Source: Octopus vulgaris (taxonomy: Eukaryota). Taken from it: a DNA stretch of 64,000 nt. Under the pieces are notes generated by a model. The model made no database searches, was not told the DNA's origin, and worked only from the letters and a program-made list of their open reading frames with translations. The DNA lies in the NCBI GenBank assembly GCA_951406725.2, contig OX597816.1, positions 127,596,001 through 127,660,000 on the forward strand, written 5' to 3'. Position numbers and translations under genes: made by a program. Below are positions 11,441 to 24,204 of the stretch, in pieces. Position 1 is the first letter of the stretch, and each line of letters opens with the position of its first letter.

Positions 11441-13460
11441 CTAGTCTTGCCGGGTCTTCTCACGCACAGCATACTTCCATAGGTCTCGGTCTCTGGTCAT
11501 TTCCATGGTGAGACCTAACGTTCGAAGGTCGTGCTTCACCACCTCGTCCCAGGTTTTCCTGGGTCTACCTCTTCCACGGGTTCCCTCAACTGCTAGGGAT
11601 TGGCACTTTCTCACACACCTATCTTCATCCATTCTCGCCACATGACCATACCATCGCAATCGTCTCTCTTGCATGCAACAACTGATGCTTCTTAGGTACA
11701 ACATTTCTCTTAGGGAACTAACACTCTGTCGAGTAAGTACACTGACATTACACATCCATCGGAGCATACTGGCTTCATTCCTCATGAGCTTACGCATGTC
11801 CTCAGCAGTCACGGCCCATGTTTCACTGCCATGTAGCATGGCAGTTCGAATACATACATCATACAGTCTGCCCTTTACTCTGAGTGAGAGGCCTTTAGTC
11901 ACCAGCAGAGGTAAGAGCTCCCTAAACTTTGCCCAGGCTATTCTTATTCTAGCAGTTACACTCTCAGCGCACCCACCCCCACTACTGACTTGGTCACCTA
12001 GATAACGGAAGCTATCAACTACTTCTAGAATAATCTGAATGTCACTTCTGGAAAGTGACGGAAGTTGTTTTCTGCAGATTTTCGGAGGTCAATGCTCCTG
12101 AGCATCTGCCACATATAAAGACTGTCTTCCCAGTTAGCCTACCTTTGACATTGCTGCACCTCTTATGTGTCCATAGCTTACACTGGGTACATCTTATAGA
12201 GTTTCTACCTACACCTTTTCTACAGATCGAGCAGGGCCATCTTCCTGAGGACATTTGTGGGTTGCCTACCTTTCTACTTATTAGTACTTTGGTTTTAGCT
12301 AGGTTGACTCTAAGGCCCCTCGATTCTAAACCCTCCTTCCACACCTGGAACTTCTCCTCCAGTTCTGATAGTGACTCAGCAATTAGAGCGAGGTCGTCAG
12401 CATAGAGGAGCTCCCAGGGGCAACCTGTCTTGAATTCCTCTGTTATTGCCTGGAGGACTATGATAAATAGGAGGGGGCTGAGTACTGAGCCCTGGTGGAC
12501 CCCAACCTCTACTTTGAATTCTTCTGTGTACATGTTGCCAACCCTAACCTTGCTTACGGCATCTCTGTACATGGCTTGCACAGCCCTCACCAGCCATTCA
12601 TCTATCCCTAGTTTCCTCATTGACCACCAGATGAGGGATCGGGGGACCCTATCAAAGGCTTTCTCCATGTCAACAAAAGCCAGGTACAGGGGCTTATCTT
12701 TGGCTAGGTATTTCTCCTGCAGCTGCCTTACCAGGAATATAGCATCAGTGGTGCTTTTCCCTGGCACAAACCCAAACTGCATCTCATCTAAACTAACTCT
12801 CTCTCTAATTAGTTGGGCTATGACCCTCTCCGTAACCTTCATTACCTGATCCAACAGCTTGATACCTCTGTAATTATTTGTATCTAGGGCATCACCTTTA
12901 CCTTTGTAGCAGTTGACTAGTATGCTGCTACACCAGTCATTGGGTATGACTCCTTCGTGTATCACCTGGTTGACTATACGGGTGACTAGGTTATAGCCGA
13001 CACTGCCAGATATTTTGAGCATCTCTGCAGTAATTCCTGATGGGCCTGGGGCTTTCCCTGTCTTCATGCTTCTAATTGCCTTAGCTACCACGGCACTATC
13101 AACTCGGATAGCTGGTCCCTCTGTTGGGTCAACATTCGGCAGACTCTCTTTATCCCATTCATTTTCTTTATTCAGCAACCTTTCATAGTGGCATCTCCAA
13201 ACCTCTCTCTTTGCTTCCTCATTTAGCGCAAGTGAACCATCATCCATGCGAACACACTTCTCTCCTACCACATCACGATTCTCTCTCACACACTGTCTTG
13301 CAACACGAAATACCTCAAGTCTTTCATCCTCACGGCGCAGAACATTGGCAAATTTTTTCTTATCCGCTTCCCCTCTGGCTAAATAAACCTGTCTCCTAGC
13401 TTCCCTTCTGGCTGTCTGATACAATTCCCTGCTACCACCGTTCTTCCAGTCCTTCCAAGC
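11441..13460 (-). pseudogene. RTE reverse transcriptase with inserted PHD-like finger, broken once at about 12028-12047
   Basis: ORFs 12042-13424 and 11441-11902; the frame resumes LEVVDSFRYLG after a short stop/frameshift lesion. Confidence 0.9.
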
Positions 13461-13463
13461 CTG

Positions 13464-13511
<48 letters not shown>

Positions 13512-13566
13512 TCAAAAAATACCTTAGGAATGAGAACCCAGGTTCCAAATTTCCCCAAGACACCTG
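13461..13566 (+). mobile_element. Inverted partial copy of the 10432-10760 element (continues from 10764-10790, split by the RTE)
   Basis: (AAT)n-GTCAAAAAATACCTTAGGAATGAGAACCCAGG...CCAAGACACCTG is the reverse complement of 10557-10680. Confidence 0.8.
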
Positions 13567-13664
13567 GAGATTAGAAAAAAGAAAGGAAAAAGAAAACAAA
13601 TAAGCAAAAGCCATGTGTACACATACAAGATACTATCTCACACACATGTAGGTTATATGTGTGC

Positions 13665-13702
<38 letters not shown>

Positions 13703-14033
13703 TATATATATGTGAAATCATAGCCATGGCCAATGCTGGTGAAACATAGAAGGTACCACTGTTAGTGGCACATAGAAGGCACCTGTGCCAGTGACACATA
13801 AAAGGTACCCATGCTGGTGACACATTAGAGGCACCAATGTCAGTGATGCATTAAAGGCACCTGGTATGCTCTGTGGAGTGGTTGGTTTCCATGGTGTCCA
13901 GACATAGAAACCAAGCCAAAACAAACTGGAGCCTGGTGCATACCGGTTCCAGTCAAACAGTCTAACCCATGGAAAATGGATGTTAAATCATGATGATGAG
14001 GATGATATAAATATATATATATTGTACATATAC

Positions 14034-14064
<31 letters not shown>

Positions 14065-14065
14065 T

Positions 14066-14105
<40 letters not shown>

Positions 14106-14109
<4 letters not shown>

Positions 14110-14710
14110 CAGCCTCAAGAGTTTCAGACCCCACTTCTCTGATTTCTCTATTGATGTTCTCCTTCAGTTGCATCAGGGTTTCTGGTTTGTTGATTTAAAC
14201 TCTCTCTTTCAGGTATCCCCACAAGACAAAAAGTCTGGGGAATGTGAAGGCCAGTTGACATTGCCATAGAGGGAGATTATTCTCCCTCCGAAGCGCTACT
14301 TCGGCAACTACATTGTTTCTCTTGCAGTATGAGCAGTTGCCCCATTTTGCTAGAACCATGTGTGAGGTTTACTTTGAATGGCTGGGTGCAATAAGGTCTT
14401 AATCAACAAACCAGAGATCTTGGTACAACTGAAGAGGAACATTAATAGAGAAATCAGAGAAGCAGGGTCTGAAACTCTTGAAGGTGTTATGGTGCAAGGT
14501 TTGGAAAAAGCACAGCCATGCAAAGCCGAAAATGGCTACCATGTAAGCAATGTCATTTTTCATATGTAACATAGTACTGTTGCAAAATTTGACTTGTGCA
14601 TATTAATTTCCATTATGTTCTTCATATTGTATCAAAATTTCATGCATTAATTTGTAAAGTTAAGGAAGATATTAAAAATTGAAACCCATCAGTGACATTG
14701 AGACACCCTG
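14106..14710. mobile_element. Tc1/mariner-superfamily transposon relic with internal inverted duplication
   Basis: Minus strand WF*QNGATAHTA...NWPSHSPD...WGYLKERV..KPETL..LK; plus-strand copy of the same C-terminus from 14401; ends in a GAGACACCCTG TIR-like motif. Confidence 0.75.
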
Positions 14711-14746
14711 TGTATATATACATACATACATACATACATACATACA

Positions 14747-14777
<31 letters not shown>

Positions 14778-15229
14778 GTATGTATGTATCTTATATACTT
14801 ATATATACACCAGATGGAGTACATTTTCCGTTGATCATTCTATCACAGGATAGTACATTACACACACACATGTATATATGTGTGTGTGTGTGTGTACATA
14901 AATTAAACAATTGTTTTATAGACCAGTTTACTTGTGCTATTTTTGGGGTAAAGGAAGCAGTGTATATCTTCTCTGAGGAACAGTCAACAAAGAGTGAAAT
15001 AGTCCATCAAGAGAAGACTCCCTCTCTCTTCTTCCACCTGAACATAAATAGCATGAAAAGTATGTTCACATTCTTATTTAAACCACAGAAAGGAATTGTA
15101 ATATTTAATTTTAGTTCAATCATTGTGATTCATGCATTGTTGTGCACAAAATAGATATTTTATTGCTTAATGTGTGCGTGTGTGCATGCATGTGTGTCAC
15201 TGTCAGTGATGACCAAGGACAGGACACAG

Positions 15230-15970
15230 TGTGCCCAGCTGTGGACAATCAGTCTGATATGTACTCAGAAGGCTCTTCCCCAGGTCTGCATGGAATGAAG
15301 CAAGGAGTTAGCTCTAGACTTGCACATTTCATATTTTCTTTTTTTATGCACCCCCTGCAATTCTGTTCTGTTCATAGGAGGTAGCACTTTGGCTGGTGCA
15401 GTTTCACTAGTCCAAATGTTCTTTCACAGCTGTCAGTAGGGGAGGGATATCTCAAAAGTCTTCAATGAGGCTTCGAGTGGGTCCTTGAAATGCTTTCTCT
15501 GTTGATCTTGTGTGCACTTGCCTTCTACCAGTTCACTGCAAAATAGTCTCTTGGGGAGTCATGTATCAGGTATTCAAACAAGACAGCCAGCCCACCCGAC
15601 TTGCTCTCTACTCAGCAGATCAAGCAAATGCTTGACAGATCAGATCAAGAGAGGACCTCTGTGTCTGGAACCTTATCTGGCCAGGTGATATTCTACAGCT
15701 TTCTCAGGCAGTTCATGTGTTTTTGCTTTTTGACATGGTGCTCATAAACTGCCCCTGTTTCACAGGCATACAGTAGAGTAGGTAGCACAACTGCTTGGCA
15801 CACCTTCAAATTAGTGGCCAGCCTAACATCTCCCCTCTCCCACAGTGATTCACATAACTATCTGAATGCTGAGCTTCCCTTGACAATGCACATGTCAATC
15901 TTATCATCAATGTTCACAGACCTGGAGAGTGTGCTGCTGAGGTACATGAACTTATCAACATCCTTCAACA
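15230..15970 (-). pseudogene. Old RTE/BovB-like LINE 3' fragment
   Basis: IDDKID..IVKGSSAF..L.ESLWER....LATNLKV.QAVVLPTLLYACET; many stops. Confidence 0.75.
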
Positions 15971-17129
15971 GTGATAGCTGGTTCTGAGAATGGCTTGTGC
16001 ATGGCAAATGTCCACTTTAGAGTTAACTCCTGCATGTTATGAGGCAATCACTATCAGTAGAAAATAACATCCTGTACTCTTTGTAAAATGTTTGGCACAC
16101 TTGTATGACAATGCCCTTTTGACTCCTGAAACCCTGTCACACTGCTCAACCTATGCCAGTATGTAGGGTGGACATTGAAAGATGATATATATTCTTATTT
16201 TTGTGTCAGAACAATTTCAGAGATATTTTCTAAGTTAGAGTAGGGAACATTTGCATACAGCTTTTTCATTTTGATATAAATAATCCAACAAGATATCAAA
16301 AAGAATGTCTCCCACACACTGACACACACACTCACACACACACACACACAAATGCATGGCCAATGAAGGAAAGAACATGGATGAAATAGAAATTTGTGTT
16401 TCGACATTATACAGTATAGAAGTGAAGGCAAATCGCATAAGAAAATGCATTTACTGAATTCCAATCAATGAAATTGAATATTTTTGTTTGTATTGAAAGA
16501 AATGAAAAATGTTCAATAATCAGAAAATTAAGTACAGAAATATTTGATAAAATACTGTATACAATTTTGCTTATGCAGTTCGTCTTATAGCCATGTAATA
16601 CACCTAGCTTATTTGTTATGTTTGTCAACTAAGCTATATTTTAATGCCATTAATAAATTTTCCCCATAAATCCAAAAATCAGTATAGCAAGTTTTAAGAA
16701 TGTGGTAATTTGAGTTTTCAGCCTTACAAGTTTCCAGTATTCTGATTTTATTGTTAATTAAATTTGGCTATCTTGCATTCAGCCTAATGAAATAATCATA
16801 GAGGGTTTCATGAGAACAAAGCAGTGACTCGTTTACAGATAAGAAGAGGAGATAATTTCTGAAAGACAATTTGTCAGATGATAGCAGCAAGCTGAACATG
16901 TTTCTGCCTCAGTAGGTATCAACAGTACAGCCACTGTCCTTCTTTAACAGCAGTAGAGAAGATACTTATATGTACACTCAAACGAGTGTGTATATAAGTC
17001 TGTATATATATATATATGCTTGTATGAGTGTGTGGGTGTCTAGCATATATGTAAATAATATCTTTCATCTTTTTGTTGTTTCAGTCATTAGACTGTGGCC
17101 CTGATTGGGATATGTATCTGTCAGAGCAA

Positions 17130-18085
17130 TCCTTCCTGCAAATAACACTGTAAATAGTCTTTACAATTATATCATGCCTTAGGGACAGATACATTTTGGG
17201 GCAGCTGCTGATGTTATCTTCTGCACTAGTATAACAAAACCAACATTTTTTATCACAACACGGAAGTTTGGTGGTATCTTTGTCCCTTTTATTTATCAGG
17301 AATTTAGTAACTATCTGCTGTAATGTATCTGCTGCAGATCCAGGAAAGGCTACCCTTCCTGTTGATACTGTTGTTCTCCTCTAGTTTATGAATTGTGTAC
17401 CCATACATTGTTTTATGCTAGTATGATTGTGCTTCTCCTCCAAGCTTCTGTTTAGGTAGGCCAGTTCAGCCTCCTTTGGGTTACATGAGACAGTTGTACT
17501 CTCAGGGTGTCTAGTCAGAAATACTTTCCCTACTCTGAAGATGTTGCTCTCACATTTTCATATGCATATAATGTAGTCATTTCTTTCTTTAAAGTATGTT
17601 CAGTAGGTGTTGTCTGTGTGATACAATGCATCATTCAAAGGCTGTTTGGACTGACCTTATACCTCAACCACCATCTCTTCATCTCATATCGGATCGATGT
17701 TGATGTTGCTTTTGATGTGGAATATGCCAGTGGTGGTCAGTACTTTTCTAATTGTGATGTCCAGCTTGTGGATCTTGTCAAGTGTCCAGACTAATATACC
17801 AATGTTGGTACTAGTACTGCAACTGCAAAAGCATTGTGAGATGTGGTCTTTTTACTTGCACACAGTTCTGAGTTTCATATTTTCCAGATTCTGCGGAAGG
17901 ATTCTTTTGTTATTCTGACTTTAGTCACAACTCCAATGTGTGCAAAATTCTCATCAGTTCTGAAATACTTGTAGTTTCCATTATTAGAGATAGGGGAGAT
18001 AGACAAGCCATTGATGCTTATGTTCTCTGCCTGGTCAACAATCCTTCCATGGTCGACTATCATGCATGAACATTTATCTTGTGAA
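17130..18085 (-). pseudogene. R4/Dong-like non-LTR relic (RT end and thumb)
   Basis: YKYF.TDEN, RRIWKI*NSEL..KTTSHNAFAV.VL...GIL.WT..IHKLD..IRKVLT..G.FH. Confidence 0.7.
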
Positions 18086-18139
18086 ACCCCATTGTATGTA
18101 TGTGTGTATGTGTGTGTGTGTGCAGATTTGTATGTTTTA

Positions 18140-18600
18140 CTTTATGTATGTAGTCTCATGCATATAGTTGCATAACTAGACATGCTCATATATAGTTAAA
18201 TAAACTTTTGGAAAGTTTTACAGATTTTTACTGTTCCAGTGATGGTTGGATCTGTAGTCTTCGAATTAGCTTTCTCCTTTCTGGTTTTGAGAAGCCAAAT
18301 TTCTTAAGATTGGTATTTAGGCAGTGTGTTACATATCCTAGGGCTCCAATAATTACAGGTATAAACCCGAACTTATAATCTGGATAGAGTAACTGCAGAT
18401 TCCTCAATAGTACAGCGTTAGGTATTCTCTTTTTCACTGATCTTCAAATTTATGTTAACATCTGCAGGGCAGCTGATTTCCCCAATTGTACACAGTTTCT
18501 CTTCTCTATCCCAAATCATTATATCAAGTCTGTTGTGTTTACATTTTATTGAAATCTTCACTGGGACATTTCACCAGTATTCCTTTTTATTATGAGTGGC
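18140..18600 (-). pseudogene. R4/Dong-like restriction-like endonuclease (RLE) 3' end
   Basis: EYW*NVPV...KHNRLDI..WDREEKLCTIGEISCPADVNI..K..EK and FIPVIIGALG; ends in a CATA-type tail. Confidence 0.75.
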
Positions 18601-18607
18601 TATTGTT

Positions 18608-18679
18608 TGTATGTATGTATGTATGTATGTATGTATGTATGTATGTATGTATGTATGTATGTATGTATGTATGTATGTA

Positions 18680-18726
<47 letters not shown>

Positions 18727-18905
18727 ATGTATGTATGTATGTATGCATGTATGTTTGTATGCGTGTATGTATGTATGTATGTATGCATGCATGTATGTAT
18801 GTATGCATGCATGTATGTATGTATGCATGCATGTATGTATGCATGCATGTATACATGTATGTACATACGTATGTATGTATACATGTGTGTATGTGTGTGT
18901 GTATG
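18608..18905. repeat. (TATG)n/(TG)n compound microsatellite
   Basis: Seen directly. Confidence 0.95.
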
Positions 18906-19592
18906 TCTATATAAATAATGCAATCAAGTGACAGAATCAGTAAAGGTGTGGCATTATTGGTTCTAGTTCTTATGAACCAGAGCCAACTTTTCCTTTTATT
19001 CTCTCGGGATGAATTAATGTAGCAATCCACTACAATGCAGTCCTTTCTCCATGCAGCTTTCACATGTTGGACACTATTTGATCAGAAATAGTAGAGCTGA
19101 TTGGATGTCTGTCTCATCATATCAAAATGGGCACCAAAAGCCAGTGGTGAAAATAAAATATATACTGATTCTTTGCCATCATCAATTGCATGTGACATGT
19201 TCAGTTTATTCATTTCATTCACAAACACACACAAGCATGCATGCACACACACATAGCTGCTAATCTCCAGATGATTTGGATTTGTGCCCTAGTTTTGATT
19301 CCCTTCTGTAGCTCCTTCACATGCTCTTTTAATGCCTTTTTAAGCTCATAAACTCCATAACTCTTGCTAAGCCTTCGCCACCATCACTTCATTGAACACA
19401 ATAAGCTTGATTATGCATTCAAGGATACCTTCAATATTGAAAGGTCATGTAATTAACTAGCTCCATTAATGCATCAGCACATTATTTATCCTTTACTATG
19501 CCACACACATGCACACGCAAATAATTTTCTGTTTTAATGTAAAATGGGTTTTGGTTTAAATTATTCTGGTGTTCTATGTATAAAGCATTATA

Positions 19593-20483
19593 CAACAGTC
19601 AGCTGAAAAGTGCATAGGCTGACCGAGATACACTGGATGGAATGTGACCAAATGAGGTTTATTTTTCAATATAGTTCCCCTTGTTGCCCACACTTTTTCC
19701 ATCAGTGTTGAAGTACTTCGATCTGATTGGTGGATAAGCTTTCATGCTAATGGTAAAAAATGTCAACCACAGTAGATATGAAACCATCATCACTGCAATA
19801 CTGGTTCCCAGCCAAGTATATTTTCATCTTTGGGGAACAGGTGATAGTCAGATGGATCCAAATCAGGTGAACAAGCGGGTGATCAACCAGTATAAAGCCA
19901 CAGTCACAATGGCAAATTTTGCCCATTTCCAAGAAAAGCCACTACTCTTTTTTTGCTCTTTTCTCTTTTACTTGTTTCAGTCATTTGACTGTGGCCATGC
20001 TGGAGCACCACCTTTAGTCTAAGAAATCGACCCCAGGACTTATTCTTTGTTAGCGTAGTACTTATTCTATCGGTCTCTTTTGCTGAACCACTAAGTTACG
20101 GGGACGTAAACACACCGGCATCGGTTGTCAAGCAATGTTGTGGGGACAAACACATACACACCTACATGACGGGCTTCTTTCAGTGTCTGTCTACCAAATC
20201 CACTCACAAGGCTTTGGTCAGCCCGAGGCTATAGTAAAAGACACTTTCCCAAAATGCCATGCAGTGGGACTGAACCTGGAACCATGTGGTTGGTAAGCAA
20301 GCTACTTACCACACAGTCACTCCTACTAGTTAGTTATGAAGTGATTTTTGAATAGATGTCAGTTTACCCGGAGAGAAACAGTGCAGTTATTAATAAGAAA
20401 ATTTGAAATTAATATATGCAAAATTTCACAGCTCTAGCATCACTCCTTCATAGTCAGCCTAAGAACTTTTCAGCCCACCCTCG
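19593..20483 (-). mobile_element. Internally deleted mariner element, TA-flanked, interrupted by a SINE
   Basis: Imperfect TIRs (..GCTGAAAAGTGCATAGGCTGAC / GTCAGCCTAAGAACTTTTCAGCCCACCCTCG); C-terminal relic KIYLAGNQYCSDD...WKKC. Confidence 0.75.
19962..20325 (-). mobile_element. SINE family A, nested in the mariner element
   Basis: Reverse complement of 508-899, near full length. Confidence 0.9.
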
Positions 20484-20761
20484 TAAAATATTTTTGATGA
20501 ATTGTAATAAAACTTGTGATTGATCTCGAAAAGGAAAATATTGTAAAGGCGTGAACTGATTGAATACTTGATGTACGAGTGAGATATACGTGGTGAAGGC
20601 AATCACAGCATTTAATCAAAGTAAGATAGATATGTCATGGCAAAGTAATGATGAAGTAAGTATTGGGTTATTGATGAAACAGTGATGACAGTAGTTAAAG
20701 GAATTGCCAGATAGAAATTGAAAATGAATTGCCATTTCAGAATAGGGGAAGTTGATGTGGG

Positions 20762-21030
<269 letters not shown>

Positions 21031-21317
21031 GTGTTGGTGGTGGTGAATAATCATGTCTTAACAATGAAATGAGAAATTTATGGGAGAATGTGATTTGAAG
21101 AATATTTGTGACATATGTGAGATTTAGAGAAAGGTTAAAAAATAAACAACCTCACTTGGTTTAGAAACTGAAATAACTTTGGTCAAGCATTGTGCCTTGA
21201 ATTAGAATGACAAGAAATAAAGGTAAGGTAGAGTTACCAAAAGTGGATTGTTTTGAAACTGTTTCAGCCTACAAAAATTTCCTTCTGTTTCTTTATTTAA
21301 TTGTTGTTCACTATTCT

Positions 21318-21760
21318 AAGGTGGCGAGTTGGCAGAAACGTTAGGAGGCCAGGCGAAATGCTTAACGGTATTTCGTCTGCCGCTACGTTCTGAGTTCAAA
21401 TTCCACCAAGGTCGACTTAGCCTTTCATCCTTTCAGGGTTGATTAAATAAGAACCAGTTATGCACTGGGGTCGATATAATCGACTTAATCTGTTTGTCTG
21501 TCCTTGATTGTCCTCTCTGTGTTTAGCCCCTTGTGGGTAGTAAAGAAATAGGTATTTCGTCTGTCTTTACATTCTGAGTTCAAATACCGCCAAAGTCGAC
21601 TTTGCCTTTCATTCTTCAGGGTCGATTAGATAAGTACCAGTTGCTTTCATCCTTTCAGAGGGTGGGGGTGATAAATTAAGCACCAGTTGTGTACTGGGGT
21701 CGATCTAATCAACTGGCTCCCTCCCCCAAAATTTCAGACCTTGTGCCCAGAGTAGATTTT
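21318..21760 (+). mobile_element. SINE family B with tandem partial copies
   Basis: Matches 9381-9613; internal restart at about 21551. Confidence 0.85.
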
Positions 21761-21789
21761 TAAATATTAATTTGGAAGTTATCATTTAT

Positions 21790-21975
21790 TTGTTTTACTC
21801 ATTAGGTTGTGGTCATGCTGTGGCACCACCTTGAAGAGTTTTTAGTTGAACAAATTGACTTCTTTACTTTCTTATATTAAGCCTGATATTTATTCTATTG
21901 GTCTCTTTTGCTGAGCTGCAAAATTATGGGAACATAAATACACCAACACTAGTTGTCAAGCAGTGGTCACACACA

Positions 21976-22014
<39 letters not shown>

Positions 22015-22180
22015 ATATACGATGGGCTTTTTATAAGTTTCTGTCAACCAAATCCACTCAGAAGGCTTTGGTTGGCTCAAGACTATTAGAGAAGAAATTT
22101 GCCCAAGTTGCCTCACAGTGGGACTGAACCAGAGACCATGTGGTTGGGAAGCAAGCTGCTTACCACTTAGCCATTCCTCC
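21790..22180 (-). mobile_element. SINE family A, diverged
   Basis: Reverse complement similarity to 508-899. Confidence 0.8.
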
Positions 22181-22481
22181 ACCAATATTCAACAATTTGA
22201 ACAAAAACATAGAGTTTTTTTTCCTTCATTAAGTTGAATATAACTGAAATATTCATTGGTTAGCTTCTTACATTGAAAATAAACAAAGCCTGAAGCAATA
22301 ATAAAGATAATCACAGGTATAGCTAAGTGGCCCAGAGGCTTACTTCTTTATCACATGGTTTTTGGTTCAATGTCCCATTGCATGGCACTTTGGGCAAGTT
22401 GCATAAGTGTCTTCTAATATAACCCTTGGGTCAACCAAAGGATTGTATGTGGTATATGCAAAAACTGAGAGACACTAGTTG

Positions 22482-22530
<49 letters not shown>

Positions 22531-22535
22531 ATGTA

Positions 22536-22566
<31 letters not shown>

Positions 22567-22664
22567 GTGTATGTATATATATATATATATGTATGTATAT
22601 TTAAGTAGGTGAATGACATCTTCGTTCGACTCCATTCTTTCATTTATTTATATATATATCTATG

Positions 22665-22721
<57 letters not shown>

Positions 22722-23000
22722 GTATGTATATACATGTGTGTATATATATATACATACATACATAAATAAATATAAGATCCAAGGATCAAGGTGTAGAAGC
22801 AAGTTAGCTTCAAGCAATCTGTCGAAAGTATAAAAAGCAACTTTCAGAGACAATAGTGGTTTATTGAGATGGAAGGTTGCTGGGTTTTTTTTTTTTTTAT
22901 CAAAGTATGATAAATTGAAAAAAGTTCTTCACAGTAGACAACCAGGGTTGCTAGGCATGTGAATAAGAATTACAAGAGTTAAGAAATGGAGCTGATAAAA

Positions 23001-23261
23001 CTTTGGCTACATATGTTTCATAGCAAGCAGAACTTCAGAAGTGCTAAATATCCAAGTGAGGTGCATACCGCAGGCTACTCTTCAGGCTAAGGACATCTTC
23101 TGATTAAATCTTCCATGTGTTAACATGTATCTCCTTGCGACAATGTAAACTTTCATTTTATCAATATATCCTTGGCCTGAAGAGTAGACTGTGGTATGCT
23201 TCTCACTAGGATATTTACCACTTCTGGGCTTCCACTTGCTATGAAATATATGTTGCCTGGA
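23001..23261. ncRNA. Inverted pair of long-stem-II hammerheads (minus 23001-23093; plus 23169-23261)
   Basis: Minus: TTAGC-CTGAAGA-GTAGC...GCTAT-GAAAC-ATAT-GTA-GCCAA. Plus: TTGGC-CTGAAGA-GTAG...CTAT-GAAAT-ATAT-GTT-GCC. Confidence 0.65.
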
Positions 23262-23286
23262 TCTTATCTACTGCTTTCTTTAATTC

Positions 23287-23338
<52 letters not shown>

Positions 23339-23343
23339 ATGTA

Positions 23344-23390
<47 letters not shown>

Positions 23391-23855
23391 TATCACCTAT
23401 ACCACTAGCTGCAATATACAGGTGCTTACATTTATCAAGTATTCACCCTGAATTTATTGTATCTAACTATATATATATATATATATATATGTAAATATAA
23501 TATGTGACATTTATTCGGTAGGCATGATAAAACTCTGTTCATGCACCTTTTTTGTATGCAAGTGGGTATGTATATATTTTTTGGCAAATGCGTGGGTGAG
23601 CATGTGTGTGTTTCAAGTGAGGGTGGATGAGTATATACTTATGGGCACATATACATGGGTGTGCAGGCGGGCATGCATGTATAGGTATGGACATGTGTGC
23701 TTACACGAATACTATGAACATTTTTACTCCCTCACCTTTACTGCTTCCCCTCACTTAGCCATCATTCCAGTAGCTCTTTTGTCTGAATAGCGGTCAATCA
23801 CACAGTAATTTCCCATTGTTTAATGGTCATTTTCATAGCATTTTTTTAGATGGCC

Positions 23856-23918
23856 TGATAACTGAAGAGATAGCAGCATGGGTTTCTGCCCCGACATCCA
23901 AAACTCAGAGTTTTATCA
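23856..23918 (+). ncRNA. Type I hammerhead-like motif (GAAA mutated to AAAA)
   Basis: TGATAA-CTGAAGA-GAT...ATC-CaAAAC-TCAGA-GTT-TTATCA; 6-bp stem I. Confidence 0.5.
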
Positions 23919-23986
23919 TGGCTGCCGAATAATTGTCACATATTACATTTACAGATAAATTCCTCTACTTACATAATATATATAAA

Positions 23987-24067
<81 letters not shown>

Positions 24068-24126
24068 CATAAATATACATACATAAATATATATATATAT
24101 ATATATAAATATATATATATACATAC

Positions 24127-24163
<37 letters not shown>

Positions 24164-24167
24164 AATA

Positions 24168-24202
<35 letters not shown>

Positions 24203-24204
24203 TT

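Larger units (their letters stand above)
10791..13463 (-). mobile_element. 5'-truncated RTE-clade non-LTR retrotransposon, young
   Basis: RT motifs QFGFVPGKSTTDAIF, FVDMEKAFDRV, GVHQGSVLSP, YADD; C-terminal LHGSETW, RRLRWYGHV, RGRPRKTW; 3' UTR ending in (GAT)n. Confidence 0.95.
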
